Positions 6,679 through 14,618 of a DNA stretch of 32,000 bases are shown here, piece after piece. Positions within the stretch are counted from its first letter, which is position 1, and each line of letters opens with the position of its first letter. The position numbers and the translations under genes were made by a program. Below the pieces are notes generated by a model. It had not been told where the DNA came from. It searched no databases and saw nothing but the letters and a program-made list of their open reading frames with translations. The DNA lies in NCBI RefSeq assembly GCF_000018465.1, contig NC_010085.1, forward strand, positions 780,001 through 812,000, given 5' to 3'. Source of the stretch: Nitrosopumilus maritimus SCM1. GTDB lineage: Archaea > Thermoproteota > Nitrososphaeria > Nitrososphaerales > Nitrosopumilaceae.

Positions 6679-6837
6679 ATGCATTGTGATGATAAAAGAA
6701 CATTATTTGTCTTAAAGCAAGGAATTGAAGAAACATGGGGTTTATTAAAAAAATCAGATTTTACAGATGAAGTTCTAATAAAAAAACTCAATGAAGAGAT
6801 AAAAGAGTATTTTGAGTACAAATCTGCAAGTCAATGA
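6679..6837 (+). CDS. possible small protein, 52 aa
   Basis: MHCDDKRTLFVLKQGIEETWGLLKKSDFTDEVLIKKLNEEIKEYFEYKSASQ. More protein-like than the antisense track ORF 6639..6821. Confidence 0.35.
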   Translation: MHCDDKRTLFVLKQGIEETWGLLKKSDFTDEVLIKKLNEEIKEYFEYKSASQ

Positions 6838-6870
6838 AATGTCATTTAAGTTTAGAAAGGAGGGTTTGAG

Positions 6871-7002
6871 GTGTCACAAATAGAACATACCAAAGAATGT
6901 AAGTACAGAATGAATAATGACATGCCACATACAAACTGCTATTGTAAATGTCATAAAATCATCATGGCAGATTCAAAAAATATGGAATCAAGAACTTTTT
7001 GA
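6871..7002 (+). CDS. possible Cys/His-rich mini-protein, 43 aa (GTG start)
   Basis: Strong SD-like AAGGAGGG (6857-6864) lies 6 nt before the GTG. Peptide: VSQIEHTKECKYRMNNDMPHTNCYCKCHKIIMADSKNMESRTF. The 3' end overlaps 6988..7221(-) by 15 nt. Confidence 0.35.
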   Translation: MSQIEHTKECKYRMNNDMPHTNCYCKCHKIIMADSKNMESRTF

Positions 7003-7221
7003 GTCTTTTTCAGGTTCAAAATTTTCAATAATTTCACTTACACGAATCAACACAGTTTCTTTGATTTGATCTTTAGTCATTCCAGAGGTATGCATGAGTT
7101 TCATTTGATCAAGTAATGCAAAATGAACCCGGCCTTGAAGATAATCAACTATACCAAATCCTTGTTTAGGGAATTCTGTAACAAATAATTCATGTTCAGA
7201 AAAATCAGAGTCTTTAGTCAT
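6988..7221 (-). CDS. hypothetical protein, 77 aa
   Basis: ORF track entry with plausible globular composition. Confidence 0.5.
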   Translation of the reverse strand: MTKDSDFSEHELFVTEFPKQGFGIVDYLQGRVHFALLDQMKLMHTSGMTKDQIKETVLIRVSEIIENFEPEKDSKSS

Positions 7222-7290
7222 GAATCAATTTTTCAAAAACTAGTTATAAAATTTCCAAATATTCATAAAACTATCATATTGGTTTGAAAT

Positions 7291-7641
7291 ATGACTGAAT
7301 TTACTCACAATCCTTATGAGAAAATATACGTCAGAGACATGATCAAGCTTGATTTAGACGATCTTATTGGTATGATGTCATCCTTAGAATCTGCAAATGC
7401 TTACTGGGTTGAGGGGGTATTATTTGCCAGTTTTGCTATGACTGAATCAGAAGAACTGGCTAAAAAAGAGATGCAAAATGAGATGTATCTAGATAAAATT
7501 ATTTTTGCAAAATATGAAAACTATTCAAAGACAGTTAAATCATCAACAAACCTAGAAATTGGCGTGTTGAATATGAGTAAAAGCAAATTATATCAAGATT
7601 TGATATCGTGGCTCAAGTCACAACCAATTTGGAATGAATGA
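7291..7641 (+). CDS. hypothetical protein, 116 aa
   Basis: ORF track entry. No motif recognised. Confidence 0.55.
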   Translation: MTEFTHNPYEKIYVRDMIKLDLDDLIGMMSSLESANAYWVEGVLFASFAMTESEELAKKEMQNEMYLDKIIFAKYENYSKTVKSSTNLEIGVLNMSKSKLYQDLISWLKSQPIWNE

Positions 7642-7662
7642 ATAATTTTAGAAAAATTGAGC

Positions 7663-7836
7663 CTAGTTTGAAAGAATGGTATGATCCATATGCATCATCA
7701 TACACTGCATATGTATTTCTTCATCAGTTGTGTGCCCAAGTTTTCCACATGTGAATTGGATTGGCTTGAAACACACATTACATTTTTTGTAAACGTACAA
7801 TTGTTCACCACACTTTCGGCAAGATATATCTTTCAT
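7663..7836 (-). CDS. zinc-ribbon mini-protein, 57 aa
   Basis: MKDISCRKCGEQLYVYKKCNVCFKPIQFTCGKLGHTTDEEIHMQCMMMHMDHTILSN has CxxC-x10-CxxC. Below the track cut-off. Confidence 0.45.
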   Translation of the reverse strand: MKDISCRKCGEQLYVYKKCNVCFKPIQFTCGKLGHTTDEEIHMQCMMMHMDHTILSN

Positions 7837-7887
7837 GAGTTTTATTTGTAAAAAAATTAATTTAAACCATATTAAAATTAGAACAGA

Positions 7888-7937
7888 CTAATTAGGTCAT
7901 GCTAATTAGTTTGCACTAATTAGAAGAGACTAATTTT
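7888..7937. promoter_or_regulatory. phased array of four CTAATTAG palindromes with a 14-bp period
   Basis: CTAATTAG at 7888, 7902 and 7916, and CTAATTTT at 7930. Spacers are gtcatg, tttgca and aagaga. The array ends 7 nt before a TATA-like TTTAATAG (7945-7952). Confidence 0.85.
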
Positions 7938-7973
7938 CAAAGCGTTTAATAGAAAATTTTTTCATAACAAAAC

Positions 7974-8063
7974 ATGGAAAAAAGTTGTAAAGTTTGTGGA
8001 AGAAATCTTGATTCAAACTCTAGTATTTGTTCTATGGAATGTACATTAATTTCCGGATACTAA
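7974..8063 (+). CDS. possible Cys-rich micro-protein, 29 aa
   Basis: MEKSCKVCGRNLDSNSSICSMECTLISGY. The ATG lies about 26 nt after the TATA-like box. Confidence 0.3.
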   Translation: MEKSCKVCGRNLDSNSSICSMECTLISGY

Positions 8064-8094
8064 TTTTAAAATAATATTCTTTGAATAATTAATC

Positions 8095-8304
8095 ATGAGT
8101 GAAGGATCTGATCTTAAAGAAAAAATTTTAGAATACATTAAAAATAGATCAGAGATCAACGAAACAACTGCAACACGACACATTCACAGAAGATTTGGAA
8201 TCGTAGAAGAAGAGATTGATAATATCCTTGATGAATTGTTTAAAGAAAACAAAATAAAGAAAATTTACGATAAAGAATATCAGGAAAATAGATTCGAAAT
8301 ATGA
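8095..8304 (+). CDS. small winged-helix DNA-binding-like protein, 69 aa
   Basis: LKEKILEYIKNRSEINETTATRHIHRRFGIVEEEIDNILDELFKENKIKKI fits a wHTH pattern. Confidence 0.55.
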   Translation: MSEGSDLKEKILEYIKNRSEINETTATRHIHRRFGIVEEEIDNILDELFKENKIKKIYDKEYQENRFEI

Positions 8305-8329
8305 TTTTCAAATCAATCTTTTTAAGAGA

Positions 8330-8872
8330 ATGAGTTTAGAAAAAATCATGATGCTAAAATCAGAAAAATCAATCAAAGAATATCTCCAAAAATTACCGGA
8401 TGACACCATAATCAAATACTACCTAGATGTAGAATACAGTCCATTTCCAATCCTAGTTATTGAAGAATATACCAGGAGGTTCAAGAAAAAGACAAAAAAT
8501 GAGATTATCAAGGATTTGAAGTATCAGAGTAGGTTAGCACGTAAAAAAACTCAAGAATTGGGCAAAATGGCAAAAAGACACAAACTGGTAGATGATGTTA
8601 CGAAGCAAAAATCTGATGAAATCATCAAACATGCAAAAAAGAGAGGATTTGAAATTAGTCAAGCAATTTCAAAAAAGAAAGAAAAACTTGCCACTAAACT
8701 CAAAAAAACAGCAAAACCAGGTACTGTCAAAAAAAGAATTTCAACGAAATTAAAGACATCTACACAGAAACATCTAGAAGAATTAGAAAAATTAGGGGAA
8801 TTAAAGAAACAAGGATTAATCACTGCCAAAGAATTCCAAGATACAAAGAAAAAGATCCTAGCAAAAATCTAA
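8330..8872 (+). CDS. Lys-rich protein with C-terminal SHOCT domain, 180 aa
   Basis: The C-terminus LEELEKLGELKKQGLITAKEFQDTKKKILAKI matches the SHOCT consensus (L.kL.eLk..GiIt.eEF...K.kiL). Confidence 0.65.
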   Translation: MSLEKIMMLKSEKSIKEYLQKLPDDTIIKYYLDVEYSPFPILVIEEYTRRFKKKTKNEIIKDLKYQSRLARKKTQELGKMAKRHKLVDDVTKQKSDEIIKHAKKRGFEISQAISKKKEKLATKLKKTAKPGTVKKRISTKLKTSTQKHLEELEKLGELKKQGLITAKEFQDTKKKILAKI

Positions 8873-8896
8873 ACATATTAGCAACAAGTGCTCAAA

Positions 8897-9313
8897 TCAG
8901 GAATTTTGATTTGTTTTAAACATGGAAATCCAGTTTTGCATAATCTTTTTGTTCAAATCAACAAAAGTGTCTGAATTATCATTTAACGTCTTTGCATAGT
9001 TTTTGTTTTGTTCAACATTTGCAATTGCCATTTTATGCAAGATAGAGCGAAACTTTATTGTTTCATCAGACATGTTTTTGATAATATCTTTTGCAGTGTC
9101 AGGAAATGAATAATCTAATCCAGATTTATTAAAAAATTCTTTTTGAAGGGAAAGTTGTGAATTTACATAGTTTTTCCATAATTTGTAATACTCGTTTTGT
9201 AAATCAAACAATGTTTGTTGGATGTGAGGAACATTTTGTTCTAACTCTAGAAAATACTTTTTGTTTATATTTTCAAATAACTCAAAATCGTTATTTTGAG
9301 ATTTTTCGGACAT
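8897..9313 (-). CDS. helical hypothetical protein, 138 aa
   Basis: ORF track entry with amphipathic helical composition. No motif recognised. Confidence 0.6.
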   Translation of the reverse strand: MSEKSQNNDFELFENINKKYFLELEQNVPHIQQTLFDLQNEYYKLWKNYVNSQLSLQKEFFNKSGLDYSFPDTAKDIIKNMSDETIKFRSILHKMAIANVEQNKNYAKTLNDNSDTFVDLNKKIMQNWISMFKTNQNS

Positions 9314-9418
9314 AATTTTTTGATAATTTGTGAGAATTTAAACTAGTAGGTAAAAAGCAACCACAGTATTATTTGAAATGAAATGAATATACACTAGTAA
9401 TTTACAATACAAACTCAG

Positions 9419-9718
9419 ATGATTACATTTGAAAATAGAGTGCGCTACGAATACAAAATAAAAACAGCTAGAGTAGATACGCTTGTAAAATCGATATTGA
9501 CGCATAGAGATCCAAAAAGTCAAGAAGCCAAAGATGCATCAAAATTTCTTGATGTGTTGATTACAGAGATAGATAGATTTTATGAAGAGCATAGCGATAT
9601 CTTGTCAAAAAAAGGCAAAAGACCACATCCACGTTCACGATTACCAGAGAACAAAGAATGGAATGAAAATGTAGAAAAATATTATGAAAAAAATCCTCGT
9701 AAGAGGCCTAAAAAATAA
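9419..9718 (+). CDS. basic helical hypothetical protein, 99 aa
   Basis: ORF track entry. Weak similarity to 12948..13280 (see findings). Confidence 0.5.
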   Translation: MITFENRVRYEYKIKTARVDTLVKSILTHRDPKSQEAKDASKFLDVLITEIDRFYEEHSDILSKKGKRPHPRSRLPENKEWNENVEKYYEKNPRKRPKK

Positions 9719-9743
9719 AAAAGACTAGATTTCTGAAATCATC

Positions 9744-10397
9744 TCATTTATGACAGGAGCAGTTGTGTTCTTTGCCACCACAAGATGAACCGTGTGAACT
9801 ATCTTTACAAGAACCACCCATGCCATGTTTGTCATCTCTATCATGTTCACTATGTTTACCACATTTACAAGAACAGCTATGTTCACCATGTGCACCATCT
9901 TTACCGTGTGAACTATCTTTACAAGAACCACTCATGCCATGTTTGTCTTTCATGTCATGTTGTTTATCATTCATCATGTGAGACATGTGTTGCATATGAT
10001 CAACAAAACTCATTGATTGCATCTTTTCATACATTTTATCAAACATCTTCATCATATGGGATTTTTCAGAATCATTCAATGAATCCCATGCAGATACAAG
10101 TTGGGTTCTATGAAGCTCAAATAATCTCTCCATTTTGGCCATAGCCATTTGAGAACTTATTGATGAGCCACGTAATTCAGGCAAGGATTTACGTTCACCG
10201 TCAGAAGTGAAATCTTCAGGAGTACATAATCTATCTCCACAAACTTTGTGCTTTGTTTCCATTCCATATTTTGAACTTTTTACACCTTGAGCTTTTGCAG
10301 CATCAACAGATTCTATGGAACCAATTTGAATTGTAATTGCCATTGATAAAACAATTGCAATTAGGAATAAAGCAGAATATCCAATTTTCATTATCAA
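9744..10397 (-). CDS. secreted Met/His/Cys-rich repeat protein, putative metal (copper?) binding, 217 aa
   Basis: N-terminal signal/anchor MIMKIGYSALFLIAIVLSMAITIQ. Met/His tract MMKMFDKMYEKMQSMSFVDHMQHMSHMMNDKQHDM. The C-terminus carries two 38-aa repeats: DKHGMSGSCKDSSHG..HSCSCKCGKH and DKHGMGGSCKDSSHG..HNCSCHK. Confidence 0.75.
   Translation of the reverse strand: MIMKIGYSALFLIAIVLSMAITIQIGSIESVDAAKAQGVKSSKYGMETKHKVCGDRLCTPEDFTSDGERKSLPELRGSSISSQMAMAKMERLFELHRTQLVSAWDSLNDSEKSHMMKMFDKMYEKMQSMSFVDHMQHMSHMMNDKQHDMKDKHGMSGSCKDSSHGKDGAHGEHSCSCKCGKHSEHDRDDKHGMGGSCKDSSHGSSCGGKEHNCSCHK
9789..9947. repeat. intragenic direct repeat, 45 nt, 44/45 identical, offset 114 nt
   Basis: 9789-9833 and 9903-9947 share accgtgtgaactatctttacaagaaccac[c/t]catgccatgtttgtc. 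This encodes the 38-aa protein repeat of 9744..10397. Confidence 0.9.
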
Positions 10398-10650
10398 AGC
10401 ATATCAAATATTCCTTAAAAATAAAGATGTGAATATCCAATTTTGAAAATAACGTGTCTGTTTTTATGAAGAAAAAAGTATGGCAATAATTCCATTTCTG
10501 GGAAATTCCAAGATTGTTTTTATTATCAAATTCAAATAAATCATCATGAATGGGTCTCCTAACCACACCTTCATACAAGATTGTAAAGAAGAATATGCTA
10601 GGTTAGAAGACAGCATCAAATCCATAGAGGATCTTTTTCAAGAAATTAGT

Positions 10651-10675
10651 GATTAGTTAAGAAAACTAACTAATC
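10651..10675. terminator. perfect 9-bp inverted repeat with a 7-nt loop
   Basis: GATTAGTTA-agaaaac-TAACTAATC. Confidence 0.4.
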
Positions 10676-10813
10676 GTCATCGAAGTCATAATCATCGTCA
10701 TCATAACATTCGATGAAATCAAATTCTTCGTATTTCATGATTATCGTACAAATTCAAAGTAAATAGATCTTCAGTAAAGGAACTATGATTTTCTATGATT
10801 CTATATAGTTGGT

Positions 10814-11050
10814 TTGAGCCTAGAAATTCTCAAATATTGTCAGACACAAAAACCAATCATGGAAAATCCAACTGAGATCAATTCAGTATATTGGGATGAA
10901 GAAACAAAGTCATGGCAATACAAAATTGTTCCAGTCGAAGAATATCATGGATTTACAGAATGTCAGCATTGTAGAAGACCAATGTCTCACAACATAAAGA
11001 GTGAGGGAGAATTCAAGGTAGTTTATACAAAATGTGGTTGTTCACGTTGA
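10814..11050 (+). CDS. zinc-ribbon-like small protein, up to 78 aa (TTG start; alternative ATG at codon 16)
   Basis: ECQHCRRPMSHNIKSEGEFKVVYTKCGCSR has CxxC ... CxC. Confidence 0.45.
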   Translation: MSLEILKYCQTQKPIMENPTEINSVYWDEETKSWQYKIVPVEEYHGFTECQHCRRPMSHNIKSEGEFKVVYTKCGCSR

Positions 11051-11127
11051 TAATTATTTTCCATAAGACATGTAAATTAAAACCCCTGAGAGAATAACAA
11101 TCAAGATTGCAGGAGGCATCCACGATT

Positions 11128-11799
11128 TCATAACATCACTTCATTGTTTAGATAGTATTGTTCAAGTCGCTCATAGAGAGGTTCTACATAATCATCACAG
11201 GTTTTGACAAACTCTTGTCGAGTGTTTTTTTCACTACTAACAAGAATGACTACCTGATTGATTTTTTGGCCGGTGACTTCTTGAAACATTTGAGCATAAC
11301 AAGTGGTTTGCAAATAATATTCATACATGTATTCATCAACTTGGGGTTTTCTTTTTGTTTTATAGTCAATAATAGATAATTCTCCATTGTATTTTGCAAT
11401 AAGGTCACTGGTTCCTGCAACTTTTAGTTTGTCTGAATACATTCGTTGTTCAATACATGTAACATCAGAGATGTTTTCCAAATAGGGTTTTAGATTATGA
11501 AAATGAGCAATAGGAAGTAAATCAAAATCATCTAAATTCAAATTTCTACTCAAATAGTCTTCAATGATTTGATGAGACTGGGTGCCAATATGTTGAGATT
11601 GTGCAGTGATGTATTGATGAGCAGGTTCATTTTCTTTCCAAGATGCCAAACCATTTTTCTTTTCTTCAGGAGCAGTTGCAGACAAGATGGTGTTTATGGA
11701 AGGGTAAATTTTATCAAATTTTGTCTGATACCAATGGCCATCGTCTCGGTCAAGTAATGTGGGCTCTCTTATTTTCAACATCTGAGCAAAATTAGGCAT
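11128..11799 (-). CDS. PD-(D/E)XK nuclease, RecB/Cas4/lambda-exonuclease-like fold, 223 aa
   Basis: GTSDLIAKYNGELSIIDYKTKRK gives D..(E)-x-K as D-x12-IIDYK. YYLQTTCYAQMF gives the QxxxY motif of RecB-family nucleases. No Cas4-type Cys cluster. Confidence 0.75.
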   Translation of the reverse strand: MPNFAQMLKIREPTLLDRDDGHWYQTKFDKIYPSINTILSATAPEEKKNGLASWKENEPAHQYITAQSQHIGTQSHQIIEDYLSRNLNLDDFDLLPIAHFHNLKPYLENISDVTCIEQRMYSDKLKVAGTSDLIAKYNGELSIIDYKTKRKPQVDEYMYEYYLQTTCYAQMFQEVTGQKINQVVILVSSEKNTRQEFVKTCDDYVEPLYERLEQYYLNNEVML

Positions 11800-11834
11800 G
11801 AATTTGTTTGGAGTACTAGTAATTTAATGCTAAG

Positions 11835-12236
11835 TCATTTGATCATCTTTTGAAATTTATCAAATTCAGATTTTGTTTTCACAAATTGATCTGTGTTAAG
11901 TTTGAGTGAAAAGAGAGGATCCATTTTGTCATTAATGATGAAAATCCGTTCATCAAAGATTACAGTTTCAATAAATTCATCATTAGGATAAACAGTGAAC
12001 TGAAAGAATTCTTCATCAGTTTTTATTTTTAATTGAAACCCCATCAAAAGGCCAAATTCTTCATCTTTGTTTAGAAATCCTGTCAGACTAGCTCGAAGAG
12101 AAGGATTATCATTTATCGCATCATAGTTATTTTGAGTATCAATTACACATGCAACGGGTTTGCCTTGAAGATGTAAAATAACAGATTTGTGAGTAGGAAT
12201 AAAATCTTCAGTGTTACTCATTTTGTCCAGAGGCAT
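11835..12236 (-). CDS. hypothetical protein, 133 aa, upstream partner of the nuclease
   Basis: ORF track entry on the same strand, 35 nt upstream of 11128..11799. Confidence 0.6.
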   Translation of the reverse strand: MPLDKMSNTEDFIPTHKSVILHLQGKPVACVIDTQNNYDAINDNPSLRASLTGFLNKDEEFGLLMGFQLKIKTDEEFFQFTVYPNDEFIETVIFDERIFIINDKMDPLFSLKLNTDQFVKTKSEFDKFQKMIK

Positions 12237-12289
12237 ATACTATCAAAGAATTTCAGTATTGTTAAGTATCACGATTTTTTAGTAAATTT

Positions 12290-12487
12290 ATGAGCAATCT
12301 TGATGATTCAATTGGAAAAATTCTACTAGAATTGCAAAAAGATGATCCCGAAACATTTGCTAAACTAATGAAAAAAGCACAACAGGAAACCCCAGAACTG
12401 TTTGAAGATATTGATGAAGAAAATAAAGAGATTGACGAATATAATAAAAAAGTAGAAGAGTACAACAAGACAATAGATGAAGAATAG
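12290..12487 (+). CDS. acidic small protein, 65 aa
   Basis: ORF track entry. The antisense ORF 12262..12492 is Ser-rich low complexity. Confidence 0.45.
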   Translation: MSNLDDSIGKILLELQKDDPETFAKLMKKAQQETPELFEDIDEENKEIDEYNKKVEEYNKTIDEE

Positions 12488-12534
12488 TTCATAATAACCT
12501 CAGATTTTAAACCAAAATCAGCCTAAAAATCTCC

Positions 12535-12639
12535 TTGGGATACAAATGTCTTATTTGTAACATTGTTTTAGGAACTCCTAGAAAGCTCGAAGATCATCTT
12601 CAAATTGAGCACAAATGGGGTAAAAAACGAGAGATATAG
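12535..12639 (+). CDS. stand-alone C2H2 zinc-finger micro-protein, 34 aa (TTG start)
   Basis: (M)GYKCLICNIVLGTPRKLEDHLQIEHKWGKKREI has canonical C-x2-C-x12-H-x4-H. There is no in-frame ATG, so the start is uncertain. Confidence 0.35.
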   Translation: MGYKCLICNIVLGTPRKLEDHLQIEHKWGKKREI

Positions 12640-12689
12640 GTTCAAAAAAAAAGAATTGATTTTTTAGTGAATGCTGTAAACAGAAATCA

Positions 12690-12899
12690 TTGAATTTTAT
12701 ATCAAAAAAAGTGCTAGATTTTCAAAAAAAGAAACTTGTTTCAGCTGAAGATACTCTAAAAAAATACATAGATGAAATGAAAAAATTTGAAAATACTCAA
12801 AACACAGAAGGGTTAGAAAATTCTAAAAAAATGATAAAAATATGGACAGACAATATTGAAAAAATTAAAAAAGAAATTAAAAAAATAGAATCAAGATGA
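12690..12899 (+). CDS. Lys-rich coiled-coil small protein, 69 aa (TTG start)
   Basis: ORF track entry with heptad-like K/E-rich sequence. Confidence 0.4.
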   Translation: MNFISKKVLDFQKKKLVSAEDTLKKYIDEMKKFENTQNTEGLENSKKMIKIWTDNIEKIKKEIKKIESR

Positions 12900-12947
12900 T
12901 GTTCAAGAAATTATTCTCAGCAAGTATTATGAAAAGGAGTAAAAACT

Positions 12948-13280
12948 ATGAAATTTAAGAAAGATTCAGAATCATTAAATGAAAATTCAGAATTGAGAAT
13001 ACTTGCTGAATATAATAGGCGACTTAAACAGTTAAAGATTACACAGAAAAAAGTTAACAATTTGAGAAATCACGAGATGGATGAAGAAGCAAACAAGGTT
13101 CAAGATCTAGTCAAATTATTAGTAGAAGAGATGGAGGCATACTTTAGAACATATCGTAGTATATTGACAAAGTACGGAATCCTACCAGAGTATCCTTTAG
13201 AGATTGATGACATAACAAAAGAAGAAAGAGACACTGCAACTGCATGGCAAAATGCCCATCGAAAAAAATACGGAATATAG
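12948..13280 (+). CDS. helical hypothetical protein, 110 aa
   Basis: ORF track entry. Possible paralogue of 9419..9718. Confidence 0.5.
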   Translation: MKFKKDSESLNENSELRILAEYNRRLKQLKITQKKVNNLRNHEMDEEANKVQDLVKLLVEEMEAYFRTYRSILTKYGILPEYPLEIDDITKEERDTATAWQNAHRKKYGI

Positions 13281-13510
13281 GAAAAACTAAGAACATACTA
13301 GTAAACATTACAATATTTATCCACAAAAATCCATGTCAAGAGTTCTAATTATGATCGCAATTGGTTAATTTTATGAATTAAACTGAAATTAGATGTTTAA
13401 AATTTAACTATATTTTTAAAAATGTATATAGATTTTTTGTAATTTTATGATATAACTGATCACATAATGATCGATCAGATTTAAATACAATTCCCATTTT
13501 TGGGAATAGT

Positions 13511-14554
13511 ATGAAGGTATTCCTTGGCACCATTATGATGTTCATAGTTATTGGAGGTGTTTTAGAGGCATATGCAGAAGAATTCACATACAATGAAAAA
13601 GTTGCATATGCCGTTGAATCTCAAAAAGTTATAGCTCACATGATTGCAATATACGATAATCTTGGAAAAGATGGAATCTATAGCGAGTTGAGTAATATGC
13701 ATTTTGATCATATTCTAAAACATAATTTGGAAGTTATGGAAAATTATTATTCAGAACATGCTGATTATCAAGATGAATTAAAACACACATTATTAGAAAT
13801 AGAAAATAGCGGATTTAATGAAAAAGCAGTCTTTATTGAACATGCAAAAAAACTATTTCCGTTATTGAATTCAGGTACAGATTTGATTACGTCTGACCTA
13901 AATGATGAAAAGTTCTTTAGATTGGTTGTTGTGATGTTATTATTAGAATCTGTAAAGACAGAGTATATTGAATCTCAAGAAACAGCAGGTGTTGAATCAT
14001 TATTGAAAAAACAACATGCAGACACCATGGCAATTAGAGCTCACATGTATTTTGAAAATACCAATGAAATTCCCATAGAAATGAAATATGTAATTGAGCA
14101 AAAATTTCAAAGAATTTTTCAATTAATGAATAGTCACGAAGTAAAAATTGAACATTATGATTTACTTAATGAGATAGTAACTGAAATTTATGACCATATA
14201 GAGGAAAATGAACAAAGTAATTCTAACAAAGAATTAGATGAGACCAAAATTTTAAACAAAGAGTCAGATGAACCAGAAAAGACAGGACCAAAAATCATGT
14301 TGCGTACAGACCAGAAAAATGGCAATGAAATTGTATCGTTTGAAGGTACAGGATTTCCTAGAGATATTAGAGTCGATATAAAATATGTAACAAACCTAGA
14401 CAAAGAAATTCAACATGTAAAAGTTCGTAGTCTTGATAATGGAACATTTTATCTGCCCATAGAAATGAACCCAGAAGAAAAAACATATTTTCTAAATGCA
14501 GAATATATGGAAACTGTAACTGTGTTTACAATATCAAATAACATACAATACTAA
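13511..14554 (+). CDS. secreted or membrane-anchored hypothetical protein, 347 aa
   Basis: N-terminal hydrophobic segment MKVFLGTIMMFIVIGGVLEAYA. A helical middle is followed by a beta-rich C-terminal region. No motif recognised. Confidence 0.7.
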   Translation: MKVFLGTIMMFIVIGGVLEAYAEEFTYNEKVAYAVESQKVIAHMIAIYDNLGKDGIYSELSNMHFDHILKHNLEVMENYYSEHADYQDELKHTLLEIENSGFNEKAVFIEHAKKLFPLLNSGTDLITSDLNDEKFFRLVVVMLLLESVKTEYIESQETAGVESLLKKQHADTMAIRAHMYFENTNEIPIEMKYVIEQKFQRIFQLMNSHEVKIEHYDLLNEIVTEIYDHIEENEQSNSNKELDETKILNKESDEPEKTGPKIMLRTDQKNGNEIVSFEGTGFPRDIRVDIKYVTNLDKEIQHVKVRSLDNGTFYLPIEMNPEEKTYFLNAEYMETVTVFTISNNIQY

Positions 14555-14618
14555 CAAAGGGTATTTTTGAGAAATAGGAGAAGAAAAACGAAACTAGAAA
14601 AATTTCGCTTTCCTTTGT

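Noticed and set aside
6639-6821. Track ORF, 60 aa, - strand
   Set aside because: The translation is Ser/Phe-rich and low complexity. The + strand 52-aa frame looks more protein-like and is followed by an SD-led second ORF.
9725-10144. Three track ORFs (9725..9931 -, 9763..9981 +, 9785..10144 +) with oddly repetitive translations, plus a 114-nt-offset repeat that could suggest a CRISPR-like or tandem array
   Set aside because: There are only two repeat copies, and they lie in-frame inside the 9744..10397 gene, encoding its 38-aa Cys/His repeat. The other frames are shadows of that repeat.
10303-10578. Track ORF, 91 aa, - strand
   Set aside because: It overlaps the signal-peptide region of 9744..10397 in another frame and runs through that gene's promoter.
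12262-12492. Track ORF, 76 aa, - strand
   Set aside because: It is a Ser-rich low-complexity mirror of the acidic + strand ORF.
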